64,000 nt of DNA from Desulfarculus sp. (GCA_016218705.1 JACRDC010000049.1:21660-85659); one strand, 5' to 3'. Shown: positions 26,319 through 36,440, counted from the first letter of the stretch. Made by a program: numbers and translations. The notes: generated by a model not told the origin, from the sequence alone.

Positions 26319-26434
26319 GTGAATTTACCCACAGGGAGCGTTGTGCAATAATTGTGCAACGGCCTGTAGAATCAGCCACTTAACCCCTACGGGCCTGGTC
26401 GGGACCGTCCAGGGGCCCTCCCAGGAGGCTATGG

Positions 26435-27238
26435 CTATTTGACAAGCATTTCCAGCCGCTTGGCCTCTTGCCATAGGTCTTCCAGTTGCGGGGGGGCCAA
26501 TTGTCCCAAGCCCTGGCCCCGGCCCGCGGCCAGGGCCTCCATGGCCGCGAAGCGCCGCTGAAAACGCCGGTTGGCCCCGCGCAGGGCCGCCTCGGCGTCC
26601 AGGCCCCGGTGGCGCGCCCACTGGGCCAGGCTGAAGAGCACGTCGCCCAGCTCCTCCTGGGCGCGCTCATGGCCCTGGGCGGCGGCCAGCTCGGCCATTT
26701 CCTCGCCCACCTTGTCCCACACGCCGGCGGCGCCGGGCCAATCGAAACGCACCCGCGCCGCCCTCTGGCCCAGGCGCTGGGCGCGGGAGAGGGCCGGGAT
26801 GGCCTTGGGCAGGCTCTCCAGGAGCCCGCCGGCCGCCTCGCCCCGCTCCTGGTCCTTGATGCGCCCCCACTGCTGGCGCACGGCCTGGGCGTCGTCCAGG
26901 GCCTGGCCACCGAAGACGTGGGGGTGGCGGCGGACCATCTTTTCCTCCACCGCCTCCAGGACCTGGGTCAGGTTGAAGCCGCCCGACTCGGCGTAGAGTT
27001 CGGCCAGGAAGACCACGTGGAAGACCAGGTCGCCCAGCTCGCCCCGCGCCTGAACGGGGTCGCCGCCTTCCACGGCCTCCACGGCCTCGTGGGCCTCCTC
27101 CAGCAGGTAGGCGGCCACGGTTTGCGGGGTCTGCTGGCGGTCCCAGGGACAGCCGCCAGGGGCGCGCAGGCGGCTGACCAGGTCCATGAGCCGGGCCAGG
27201 GCCTGGCCAGCCGATGGGCGCGGGTTGGGGCCGTTCAT
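26435..27238 (-). CDS. mazG: Nucleoside triphosphate pyrophosphohydrolase MazG
   Basis: Two MazG repeats (EEAHEAVEAVE...GDLVFHVVF and EEMAELAAA...ELGDVLFSL). The Met at 27238 is chosen within ORF 26435..27610. Confidence 0.9.
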   Translation of the reverse strand: MNGPNPRPSAGQALARLMDLVSRLRAPGGCPWDRQQTPQTVAAYLLEEAHEAVEAVEGGDPVQARGELGDLVFHVVFLAELYAESGGFNLTQVLEAVEEKMVRRHPHVFGGQALDDAQAVRQQWGRIKDQERGEAAGGLLESLPKAIPALSRAQRLGQRAARVRFDWPGAAGVWDKVGEEMAELAAAQGHERAQEELGDVLFSLAQWARHRGLDAEAALRGANRRFQRRFAAMEALAAGRGQGLGQLAPPQLEDLWQEAKRLEMLVK

Positions 27239-27807
27239 TTGCCGGGTTCCGCCGCCTTGGGTTTGATGAGGCCGGCCTTGGCCTGCATCTCGCGGGTCCA
27301 GTCCTGGGGCAACAGGTCCAGCAGGTAGCGGCCGGTCTGTATTACCCGGGGGGCCACCAGGGAGCGGCTGACCAGGCTGCCCTGCTGCCCCTCGGGTTGG
27401 GCCAGCATGGCCAGGGGCAGCACCATCAGCAGGATGTTGAGCAGCAGATAAGACAGCAGTATGCCCTTGGCCCCGCCCACCCCGGAGCCAAAGAGGCGGT
27501 CCAGCCCCGAGAAGGGGCCGGCGTGGATCAGGCGGGCCAGGGCGGCGGCCATGTAGACAAAGGCCAGGAAGACCACCAGCAGCACCAGGGCGAAGGCCAC
27601 GCCGTCCCACCAGCCGGCCTCGATGGCGCTGACCCGGCGCAGGAAGCCGGCCAGGGGCTTGTAGGTGGCCACTCCCAGGAACAGGGCCGCCACCAGGCCG
27701 ATCAGCCCCATGATCTCCCTGACGAAGCCGCGCACCGCCCCCCGGATGACAAAAAAGCCCAAAAGGACCAGCAGGGCGATGTCCAGTATGTTGGGGCCGG
27801 ATTCCAT
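27235..27807 (-). CDS. cvpA: CvpA family membrane protein
   Basis: ILDIALLVLLGFFVIRGAVRGFVREI is the typical CvpA N-terminus. 4 TM helices. The stop overlaps the mazG start (ATGA). Confidence 0.8.
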   Translation of the reverse strand: MESGPNILDIALLVLLGFFVIRGAVRGFVREIMGLIGLVAALFLGVATYKPLAGFLRRVSAIEAGWWDGVAFALVLLVVFLAFVYMAAALARLIHAGPFSGLDRLFGSGVGGAKGILLSYLLLNILLMVLPLAMLAQPEGQQGSLVSRSLVAPRVIQTGRYLLDLLPQDWTREMQAKAGLIKPKAAEPGK

Positions 27808-27970
27808 GGACTTATGCCTTAGCATGCCACCCGGGGCCTTGTCAAGGCGGCCTCCGGGAGGCCCGTCCCATTTGCCTTTTTGAAACAATGGATTATGCAC
27901 AGGCAATCCACGGAGTGCCCGGCGCTACCCCCTTGTTTGGCCACAGGCGCTGTGGTAATAATGGCGGCAT

Positions 27971-28403
27971 ATGTCACCCATGGCCTGCCACGTCCACAAC
28001 CTGGAGCTGCCGGGAAGCTCTGGCACGGACATTCATGATGTCACCTCCCAGGTGCTGGCGGCGGTCGGCCAGAGCGGGGTGCGGGCGGGCTTGGTCACCG
28101 TGCACACGCCAGGCTCCACCGCCGCCGTCACCACCATCGAGCATGAGCCGGGGGTCCTGGAGGACCTGCGGGCCGCCCTGGAGCGCCTGGCTCCCCAAGG
28201 CGCCCATTACGCCCACAACGCCCGCTGGGGCGACGGCAACGGCTACGCCCACGTGCGCGCCGCCCTGTTGGGTCCCTCGCTGTCGCTGCCCATAGAAAAC
28301 GGCCGCCCGCTCCTGGGGCAGTGGCAGCAGGTCGTGGTGCTGGACCTGGACAACCGCCCCCGCCGCCGGCGGGTGGTCATCCAGGTGCTGGGGGAGCAGT
28401 GCC

Positions 28404-28414
<11 letters not shown>
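27971..28414 (+). CDS. YjbQ/UPF0047 family protein (second copy)
   Basis: DIHDVTSQV...[20 protein letters not shown]...[10 protein letters not shown]...[10 protein letters not shown] parallels the copy at 10464-10859. Confidence 0.8.
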
Positions 28415-29363
<949 letters not shown>

Positions 29364-29364
29364 C

Positions 29365-31014
29365 ATGCCCCAGCAGGAGCCCCCCAAGCTCAAGGCGGTG
29401 CCGCCCCGCGACCAGCGGTTTTCCTGGCCGCGCCTGACCGGCCAGTTGCCCCAGGTCCTGGAGCGGCTCAAGGACCTGGCCGGGGGCGGCCGGGGCACCC
29501 AGTGGCTGCTGGCCGGCCTGGTGGGGCTATTGCTGGCCGTGGCCATCACCCCCCATCCCTGGCGCCTTGATTCCCTGCCCCAGGTGCTGGGGGGCGCGGC
29601 CCTGGCGGCGGCCCTGCTCAGGGTGCTCTTCGTGGCCTGGTACCAGGGCCTGTCCCGGGCCGGCGGCCGGGCCGGGGCGCGCAACCTGGCCCTCTGCCTG
29701 GCCCTGGTGGTCATGGCCGCCGGCGTGAGCCGGGGCTGGGAGGTGTTCGCCGTGGCCCTCCTGGAGGGCTGGAGCGGCCCGGGGCTGGGCGCCTTGGCCT
29801 TTGCCGCCCCCTTGAGCGCCGGCCCCATATTGGGGGCCTTGCTCCTGGGACCGCAGATGGGCATGCTGGCGGCCCTGGCCGGCGGCCTGGTGGGCGCCCT
29901 GGCCTGGCCCCAGCCAGCGGGACCCATGATCTACTTTTTGGTCAGCGGGGTGGCCGCCGCCCATTACGCCGGCCGGGAGCACAGCCTCCCGGGCCTGATA
30001 AAGGCCGGCTTCCGGGGCGCCCTGGCCGGCCTGCCCGTGGTGCTGGGCCTGGCCCTGTGGCAGGGCTGGCTGATCTCCACCGACGCCCTGTGCGCGGTGC
30101 TGGCCGTGGGCCTCGGCGGAGCCTTGGGCGGGGTGCTGGCCGCCGGCCTGGCGCCCCTGGTGGAGATGCTCCTGGGCTACACCACCCACATACGCCTGAT
30201 GGAGTTGTCCAGCCTGGACCAGCCGGCCCTGCAGGAGCTGATGCTCCAGGCGCCGGGCACCTACCACCACAGCCTGGTGGTGGGCAGCCTGGTGGAGGCC
30301 GCGGCCAAGGAGATCGGCGCCGACAGCCTCCTGGCCAAGGTGGCGGCCCTGTACCACGACCTGGGCAAGATCAAGAAGAGCCCCTACTTCGTGGAGAATC
30401 AGGCCAGCGGCCCCAACCGCCACGAGAAGCTGGCCCCCTCCATGAGCGCCCTGATCCTGACCAGCCACGTCAAGGAGGGCGTGGAGATGGCCCGGCGCCA
30501 CCGCTTGGGCAAGCCCATCATAGACATCATCGCCCAGCACCACGGCACCCGGCTCATCCCCTTCTTCTACAGCAAGGCCTGCGAGGCCCGCCGCGCCCTG
30601 GGCCAGCCCGACCCCGAGCCCGAGGACTTCAGCTACCCCGGCCCCCGGCCCCAGACCCGCGAGGCCGGCCTGGTGATGCTGGCCGACACCGTGGAGGCGG
30701 CCAGCCGCAGCGTGGACAATCCCACCCCGGCCCGGCTGCAGGGGCTGGTGCAGCAGCAGATCAGCAAGATCTTCGCCGAGGGACAGCTTGACGACTGCGA
30801 GTTGACGCTCAAGGACCTGCACAAGATCGCCAAGATATTCAACACCATCCTGGGCGGCATCTTCCACCAGCGGGTGGAGTATCCCCAGGCCGAGGAAAAG
30901 CCACGGAAGCGCCATGGAGATTCTGATAAGCAACCGCCAGGCAAGCCAGCCCATAGACCTCCAGGCCCTGGAGCACAGGGTCAGGCGGGTCTTAGAAGGC
31001 TTGGCCTGCGCTGA
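29365..31014 (+). CDS. 7TM-HD (PgpH/YqfF-type) membrane phosphohydrolase
   Basis: Multi-TM N-terminal half. HD domain (HHSLVVGSL...LYHDLGK...HHG). The tail overlaps ybeY by 101 nt. Confidence 0.85.
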   Translation: MPQQEPPKLKAVPPRDQRFSWPRLTGQLPQVLERLKDLAGGGRGTQWLLAGLVGLLLAVAITPHPWRLDSLPQVLGGAALAAALLRVLFVAWYQGLSRAGGRAGARNLALCLALVVMAAGVSRGWEVFAVALLEGWSGPGLGALAFAAPLSAGPILGALLLGPQMGMLAALAGGLVGALAWPQPAGPMIYFLVSGVAAAHYAGREHSLPGLIKAGFRGALAGLPVVLGLALWQGWLISTDALCAVLAVGLGGALGGVLAAGLAPLVEMLLGYTTHIRLMELSSLDQPALQELMLQAPGTYHHSLVVGSLVEAAAKEIGADSLLAKVAALYHDLGKIKKSPYFVENQASGPNRHEKLAPSMSALILTSHVKEGVEMARRHRLGKPIIDIIAQHHGTRLIPFFYSKACEARRALGQPDPEPEDFSYPGPRPQTREAGLVMLADTVEAASRSVDNPTPARLQGLVQQQISKIFAEGQLDDCELTLKDLHKIAKIFNTILGGIFHQRVEYPQAEEKPRKRHGDSDKQPPGKPAHRPPGPGAQGQAGLRRLGLR

Positions 31015-31354
31015 GGGCTGCGAGCTCTCGCTGGTCCTCACCGACGACCCGGGCATCGCGGTCTTGAACCAGGACTACCTGGGTCGCGTCGGCCCCACCA
31101 ACGTGCTGGCCTTCCCCATGGGCGAGGGCCAGTTCGCCGAGTTGAACCCGGGGCTCTTGGGCGACGTGGTGGTCAGCGTGGACACCGCCTGGCGCGAGGC
31201 CGCCGGCCACGGCCTGGACCCGGGCGAGCATTTCATGCGGCTGGTCATCCACGGCATCCTGCATCTCCTGGGCCACGACCATCTGCAAGACGAGGCCCAG
31301 GCTCTGGCCATGGAGGAGCTGACCGAGCGATTGCTCACGCAAAGCGCGGGTTGA
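30914..31354 (+). CDS. ybeY: rRNA maturation endoribonuclease YbeY
   Basis: Zinc motif HGILHLLGHDH; 146 aa. Confidence 0.92.
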   Translation: MEILISNRQASQPIDLQALEHRVRRVLEGLACAEGCELSLVLTDDPGIAVLNQDYLGRVGPTNVLAFPMGEGQFAELNPGLLGDVVVSVDTAWREAAGHGLDPGEHFMRLVIHGILHLLGHDHLQDEAQALAMEELTERLLTQSAG

Positions 31355-31394
31355 AAAGACCCACAACCTTCCTGTATTCTTTCTGAATGGTTCT

Positions 31395-31473
31395 AATGTA
31401 GGGGAGGGGTTCATCCCCTCCCTCTTCTGGTTAAACCAAGACGGGCGGGAGTAAACCTCGCCCCTACATTAAG
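31395..31473. repeat. Two inverted copies of a ~30-bp REP-like hairpin unit
   Basis: AATGTAGGGGAGGGGTTCATCCCCTCCC (31395-) faces ACGGGCGGGAGTAAACCTCGCCCCTACATTAAG (31441-31473), which is the reverse complement of the same unit. Confidence 0.7.
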
Positions 31474-31562
31474 AAAAATCCTTGAGGCTCGCACCGCGCC
31501 CTCTGAAGAGGGACGCAGGTCCAGGGTAATTTAGGCTCAACTAAAAGATTAAGGAGCGGAGC

Positions 31563-32321
31563 ATGGCCCGCCTATCGGTAAACGTGGACCACGTGGCCAC
31601 CCTGCGCCAGGCCCGGGGCATTGACGAGCCCGACCCGGTGTGGGCGGCGGTATTGGCCGAGAAGGCCGGGGCCGACGGCATCATCGTGCACCTGCGCGAG
31701 GACCGCCGCCACATACAGGACCGCGACCTCAAGGTGCTCAGGCAGGTGGTCAAGGGCCGGCTGAACATGGAGATGGCCGCCACCGAGGAGATGCTGGGCA
31801 TCGCCGCCACCGTGGGACCAGACCTGTGCACCCTGGTGCCCGAGCGCCGCCAGGAACTGACCACCGAGGGCGGCCTGGAGGTCAAGGGCCACCTGGAGGC
31901 CGTCAAGCAGGCCGTGGCCAAACTCAACGGCGCGGGCATCCAGGTCAGCCTGTTCATTGATCCACACCCCGAGCAGGTCAAGGCCGCCCACCTGGCCGGT
32001 GCCCAGGTGGTGGAGCTGCACACCGGCACCTACGCCAACGCCGGCGACGAGGCCACCCTCAAGAAACACCTGGACGCCATCGAGGACGCCGCCCGCCTGG
32101 CCGCCCGCCTGAACATCAAGGTGGCCGCCGGCCACGGGCTCAACCTGCGCAACGTGGGGCCGCTGTTGAAGCTGCCCGAGATCGAGGAATACTCCATCGG
32201 CCATTCCATCGTGGCCCGGGCCTTGTTCGTGGGCATGGAGCAGGCGGTTGGCGAGATGCTGGCCCTGGTGCGCCAGTCGGCCGCCCCCCGGGCCGCCGAG
32301 GCCCCGCGCCGGCGCCTGTAG
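31563..32321 (+). CDS. pdxJ: Pyridoxine 5'-phosphate synthase
   Basis: LSVNVDHVATLRQARG..EPDP and IIVHLREDRRHI motifs; 252 aa. Confidence 0.93.
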   Translation: MARLSVNVDHVATLRQARGIDEPDPVWAAVLAEKAGADGIIVHLREDRRHIQDRDLKVLRQVVKGRLNMEMAATEEMLGIAATVGPDLCTLVPERRQELTTEGGLEVKGHLEAVKQAVAKLNGAGIQVSLFIDPHPEQVKAAHLAGAQVVELHTGTYANAGDEATLKKHLDAIEDAARLAARLNIKVAAGHGLNLRNVGPLLKLPEIEEYSIGHSIVARALFVGMEQAVGEMLALVRQSAAPRAAEAPRRRL

Positions 32322-32333
32322 GGGCATGAGACC

Positions 32334-32708
32334 GTGATCCGGGGCCTGGGGCTGGACCTGGCGCGGGTGGCGCGGGTGCAAGAGGCCTGGCAACGCTTTG
32401 GCCAGCGCTTCCTGGAGCGCTGCTTCACCCCGGGGGAAATCGCCGCTTGTCTAAAGAGGCCCCGGCCGGCCCAGGCTTTGGCCATGCGTTTTGCCGCCAA
32501 GGAGGCCTTTGCCAAGGCCGCCGGGCTGGGCATGCGCGGCCTGGGCTGGACCGAGATCGAGGTGATTAGCGATGCCCTGGGCAAGCCCTCCCTGGCCCTG
32601 CACGGCCGCGCCCGGGCCTGGGCCGAGGGCCAGGGCGTCACGGCCTGCCACCTGAGCCTCAGCGACGACGGCGACTACGCCGCAGCGGTGGTGGTGCTGG
32701 AGGGCTGA
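32334..32708 (+). CDS. acpS: Holo-[acyl-carrier-protein] synthase
   Basis: 124 aa. GLGLDLARVARV N-terminus, FAAKEAFAKA motif, SLSDDGDYAAAVVVLE C-terminus. Confidence 0.88.
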   Translation: MIRGLGLDLARVARVQEAWQRFGQRFLERCFTPGEIAACLKRPRPAQALAMRFAAKEAFAKAAGLGMRGLGWTEIEVISDALGKPSLALHGRARAWAEGQGVTACHLSLSDDGDYAAAVVVLEG

Positions 32709-32735
32709 GCGCCACGCCCTAGCCAAGGGGGATGA

Positions 32736-32773
32736 CATGTTCCTGGCCACCGCCGAGGAAATGCGCCGGGCCG
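32736..32773 (+). repeat. 38-bp exact direct repeat, copy 1 (duplicate of the nnr 5' end with the better SD)
   Basis: CATGTTCCTGGCCACCGCCGAGGAAATGCGCCGGGCCG is identical to 32928-32965. Preceded by AAGGGGGA. Confidence 0.9.
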
Positions 32774-32927
32774 GCCCGGTGCCCGGGCTGGCAATGACGG
32801 GTCGGGTAACGCCCTGCCCAGCCTTGCGCGCTCCCGTTGGGAGGTTGCCATAGTCAAACGAGAGGGTGAAGAGTTCTCGCTTCACCTCCCGGAGAATGAA
32901 GACCTGACCATCAATCAGGGGTAAAGC

Positions 32928-32965
32928 CATGTTCCTGGCCACCGCCGAGGAAATGCGCCGGGCCG
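32928..32965 (+). repeat. 38-bp exact direct repeat, copy 2 (actual nnr start)
   Basis: Identical to 32736-32773 and 192 bp downstream of it. Confidence 0.9.
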
Positions 32966-34500
32966 ACCGCGTCACCATCGAGGAGATCGGCCTGCCTGGC
33001 ATCGTGCTCATGGAAAACGCCGCCCAGGGGGCTGCCCGGGTGCTCACCGAGGCCCTGGGCCAGGTGGAGGGCCTTGACATCGCCGCCTTCTGCGGCCGGG
33101 GCAACAACGGCGGCGACGGCCTGGCCATCTTGCGCATCCTGGCCGGGCAAGGCGCCAACTGCACGGTCTATCTCTTGGCCCGCCAGGAGGACCTCTCCGG
33201 CGACGCGGCCACCAACCTCAAGGTGGCCAAAGCCTGCGGGGTTGAGGTGGTGGAGGTGCCCGGGGAGGAGGCCTTCGCCCGCCACCAGGCGGCCATGGCC
33301 GGCCACGACGCCTACGTGGACGCCATCCTGGGCACTGGGCTCAACTCGCCGGTGACCGGCCGCCAGGCCCTGGCCATTGATCTCTTGAACACCCTGGGCC
33401 AGCCGGTGCTGGCCGTGGACATCCCCAGCGGCCTCTCCGCCGACACCGGCCAGCCCCTAGGCCTGGCGGTGAGGGCCGACTTCACGGCCACCTTCGGGCT
33501 CATCAAGATCGGCCTGGCCTGCGACCCCGGCGATTATGTGGGGCAACTTCACCTGGTGGAGATTGGCATACCCCCCCGGGTCATCGAGGGCCTGGGCTGC
33601 CAGGCCAGCCTGCTGGACCCGGCCACCGTGGCCTGGCTGTTGCCGGCCCGGCCGGCCGCCGGGCACAAGGGCACCTTTGGGCACCTCTTGGTGGTGGGCG
33701 GCAGCCTGGGCAAGTCCGGGGCGGTCTGCCTGGCCGCCCAGGGAGGCGTCAGGGCCGGGGCCGGCCTGGTCACCGCCGCCCTGCCCGAGGCCCTGAACCT
33801 GGCCGCCGAGATCAAGCTCACCGCCGCCATGAGCCAGCCCCTGCCCCAGACCAGCCAGGGCGGGCTGTCGCAGGGGGCCCTGCCGGTGCTCTTGGAGATG
33901 TGCGCCGACCGTCAGGCGGTGGTGCTGGGCCCGGGCCTGGGCCGCGAGGATGAGAGCCTGGAATTGGCCCGCCGGCTGGCCGCCCAAGTCACCACGCCCA
34001 TGGTCCTGGACGCCGACGGCCTATTGGCCCTGGCAGGGGCGTTTGCGCCTGGGGCCATGGCCGCGCCCCAGGCGGTCATCACCCCCCACCCCGGCGAGGC
34101 GGCGCGCCTCTTGGGCTGCTCCGCCGCCGAGGTGCAGGCCGACCGCCTGGCCGCCGCCCGCGCCCTGGCCGCCAGAAGCGGCGCCGTGGCGGTGCTCAAG
34201 GGCGCGCGCACGGTCATAGCCGAGCCGGGAGGCCGGGTGTGGATCAACCCCACGGGCAACGCCCTCCTGGCCAGCGGCGGCAGCGGCGACGTGCTGGCCG
34301 GGCTCATCGGCGGGCTCATGGCCCAGGGCATCGGCGGCCTGTCGGCGGCCCTGGCTGGAGTTTTTGTGCACGGCCTGGCGGCACAGATGGCCGAGGAGGA
34401 CTTTGGCTTGCGCGGCCTGGCCGCCGAGGATCTCCTGGACTACCTGCCGCCGGCCTTCGCCTCCCTGGAGGCGCCGCCTGAGCAGGAGGATCAGGAGTGA
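32929..34500 (+). CDS. nnr: Bifunctional NAD(P)H-hydrate repair enzyme (epimerase/ADP-dependent dehydratase)
   Basis: 523 aa. YjeF_N part (GRGNNGGDG) and carbohydrate-kinase part (GHKGTFGHLLVVGGS..., GSGDVLAG). Confidence 0.9.
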   Translation: MFLATAEEMRRADRVTIEEIGLPGIVLMENAAQGAARVLTEALGQVEGLDIAAFCGRGNNGGDGLAILRILAGQGANCTVYLLARQEDLSGDAATNLKVAKACGVEVVEVPGEEAFARHQAAMAGHDAYVDAILGTGLNSPVTGRQALAIDLLNTLGQPVLAVDIPSGLSADTGQPLGLAVRADFTATFGLIKIGLACDPGDYVGQLHLVEIGIPPRVIEGLGCQASLLDPATVAWLLPARPAAGHKGTFGHLLVVGGSLGKSGAVCLAAQGGVRAGAGLVTAALPEALNLAAEIKLTAAMSQPLPQTSQGGLSQGALPVLLEMCADRQAVVLGPGLGREDESLELARRLAAQVTTPMVLDADGLLALAGAFAPGAMAAPQAVITPHPGEAARLLGCSAAEVQADRLAAARALAARSGAVAVLKGARTVIAEPGGRVWINPTGNALLASGGSGDVLAGLIGGLMAQGIGGLSAALAGVFVHGLAAQMAEEDFGLRGLAAEDLLDYLPPAFASLEAPPEQEDQE

Positions 34501-34528
34501 TCCCCGGCCTTGCCCAGCGGGGCCGGCC

Positions 34529-35023
34529 ATGGTAAAAGGCGCTTTCGTGGAGGCCGCGCAAGAGGCCAGGCTGGAACTGGCCCTGGCGGGGGAGGAGCAA
34601 ACCGTGGCCCTGGGGCGCGCCCTGGGCGGACTCCTCAAGGCCGGGGACGTGGTGCTGCTCATCGGCGAGTTGGGGGCGGGCAAGACCTGCCTGGCCCGGG
34701 GCCTGGCCGGGGGCCTGGGCGTGGACCCGGCTTACGTGATCCAGAGCCCCACCTTCACCCTGCTAAACGTCTACCCCGGGCGCCTGGAGTTCTTCCACGC
34801 CGACCTCTACCGCCTGGGGCCGGGGGACGCCGCCGACCTGGAGCTTCTGGAGCAGGCGGCCGGGGGCGTGCTGGCCGTGGAGTGGCCCGAGCGGGCGCCC
34901 GGCATGTGGCCAGCCACGGCGCTCAGGGTGGAACTGGGGCATGACGGCCAGGACCGGCGCCGGGCGGTCGTCAGCGGGCCGGCGGGGCTGGTTCAGCGGC
35001 TCAAGGAAATCATGAATACCTAG
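34529..35023 (+). CDS. tsaE: tRNA threonylcarbamoyladenosine biosynthesis ATPase TsaE
   Basis: P-loop GELGAGKT, then SPTFTL...Y and HADLYRL motifs. ATG 34529 lies within ORF 34364..35023. Confidence 0.85.
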   Translation: MVKGAFVEAAQEARLELALAGEEQTVALGRALGGLLKAGDVVLLIGELGAGKTCLARGLAGGLGVDPAYVIQSPTFTLLNVYPGRLEFFHADLYRLGPGDAADLELLEQAAGGVLAVEWPERAPGMWPATALRVELGHDGQDRRRAVVSGPAGLVQRLKEIMNT

Positions 35024-35039
35024 CAGAGGACGATAGGCC

Positions 35040-36293
35040 ATGGCCCTGATCGTGCAAAAATACGGCGGCACCTCGGTGGGCGACATCGAGCGCATCAAGA
35101 ACGTGGCCCGCAAGGTCAAGGCCCGCGTGGACCAGGGCCACCAGTTGGTGGTGGTGCTCTCGGCCATGGCCGGGGTGACCAACTCGCTCATCGCCCTGGC
35201 GGGCGAGATATCCAGCGACCCCGACCCCCGCGAGCTGGACGTGCTCCTGACCACCGGCGAGCAGCAGTCGGTGGCCCTGTTCTGCATGGCCGCACGCGAG
35301 ATGGGCATGCCGGCCCGCTCGCTCATGGGCTTCCAGGCCGCCATCCTCACCGACCGCATGTTCGGCCGGGCGCGCATCAATTTCGTGGAGACCAGGCGCA
35401 TCCACGAGCTTCTGGACAAGGGCCGCCTGGTGGTGGTGGCCGGCTTCCAGGGCGTGGACGAGGACACCGGCGACATCACCACCCTGGGCCGGGGGGGCAG
35501 CGACACCACCGCCGTGGCCCTGGCCGCCGCCCTGCGCGCCGAGGTCTGCGAGATCTATACCGACGTGGAGGGCGTCTTCACCACCGACCCCAACGTGGAG
35601 CCCAAGGCCCGCAAGCTGGCCCAGGTTTCCTACGAGGAGATGCTGGAGATGGCCTCCCTGGGGGCCAAGGTCCTGGACATCCGCTCGGTGGCCCTGGCCG
35701 CCAAGTTCGGCGTGCGCGTGCACGTGCGCTCCACCTTCACCGACCGGGAGGGTACCATGGTCATCCCCGAGGATCATATTGACGAGAAGCTGATGGTCAG
35801 CGGCGTGGCCTACAACAAGAACGAGGCCCGCATCAAGGTGCGCGGCGTGCCCGACCAGCCGGGAGTGGCCAGCAAGCTTTTCACGCCCATCAGCCAGGCC
35901 GGCATCGTGGTGGACGTCATCATCCAGAACACCAGCGCCGACGGCATCACCGACCTGACCTTCACGGTGCCCAAGACCGACTACAAGCGTGCCCTGGAGC
36001 TGGTGCAGCAGGTGGCCCAGACCATCGGCGCCAGGGCCGTGCGCGGCGACACCGACATCGCCAAGGTTTCCATCATCGGCATCGGCATGCGCAACCACTC
36101 CGGCGTGGCCACCAAGATGTTCGAGACCCTGGCCCGCGAGAACATCAACATCCAGATGATCAACACCAGCGAGATCAAGATATCCTGCGTCATCGAGGAG
36201 AAGTACACCGAGCTGGCGGTGCGCGCCCTGCACGAGGCCTTTGGCCTGGCCCAGCAGAACGAGCCCGAGGCCGAGGAGGTTTCCCGGGTCTAG
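35040..36293 (+). CDS. lysC: Aspartate kinase
   Basis: IVQKYGGTSV N-terminus, GGSDTTAVALAA, and two C-terminal ACT domains; 417 aa. Confidence 0.93.
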   Translation: MALIVQKYGGTSVGDIERIKNVARKVKARVDQGHQLVVVLSAMAGVTNSLIALAGEISSDPDPRELDVLLTTGEQQSVALFCMAAREMGMPARSLMGFQAAILTDRMFGRARINFVETRRIHELLDKGRLVVVAGFQGVDEDTGDITTLGRGGSDTTAVALAAALRAEVCEIYTDVEGVFTTDPNVEPKARKLAQVSYEEMLEMASLGAKVLDIRSVALAAKFGVRVHVRSTFTDREGTMVIPEDHIDEKLMVSGVAYNKNEARIKVRGVPDQPGVASKLFTPISQAGIVVDVIIQNTSADGITDLTFTVPKTDYKRALELVQQVAQTIGARAVRGDTDIAKVSIIGIGMRNHSGVATKMFETLARENINIQMINTSEIKISCVIEEKYTELAVRALHEAFGLAQQNEPEAEEVSRV

Positions 36294-36350
36294 GGCCGAG
36301 GCAGGCACCAATACGGTTGCTGATTTGGTTACATTTATTGCTGGAAACAC

Positions 36351-36440
36351 ACGGGCGGGGATAAACCACGCCCCTGCATTAAGTTATTGTAATAACGTAT
36401 TTTATCTTGATGTAGGGGCGGGGTTTATCCCCGCCTGCGC
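36351..36440. repeat. Two inverted copies of the REP-like unit flanking an AT-rich spacer
   Basis: ACGGGCGGGGATAAACCACGCCCCTGCATTAAG (36351-83) and GATGTAGGGGCGGGGTTTATCCCCGCCTGC (36409-40). The spacer contains GTTATTGTAATAAC. Confidence 0.7.
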
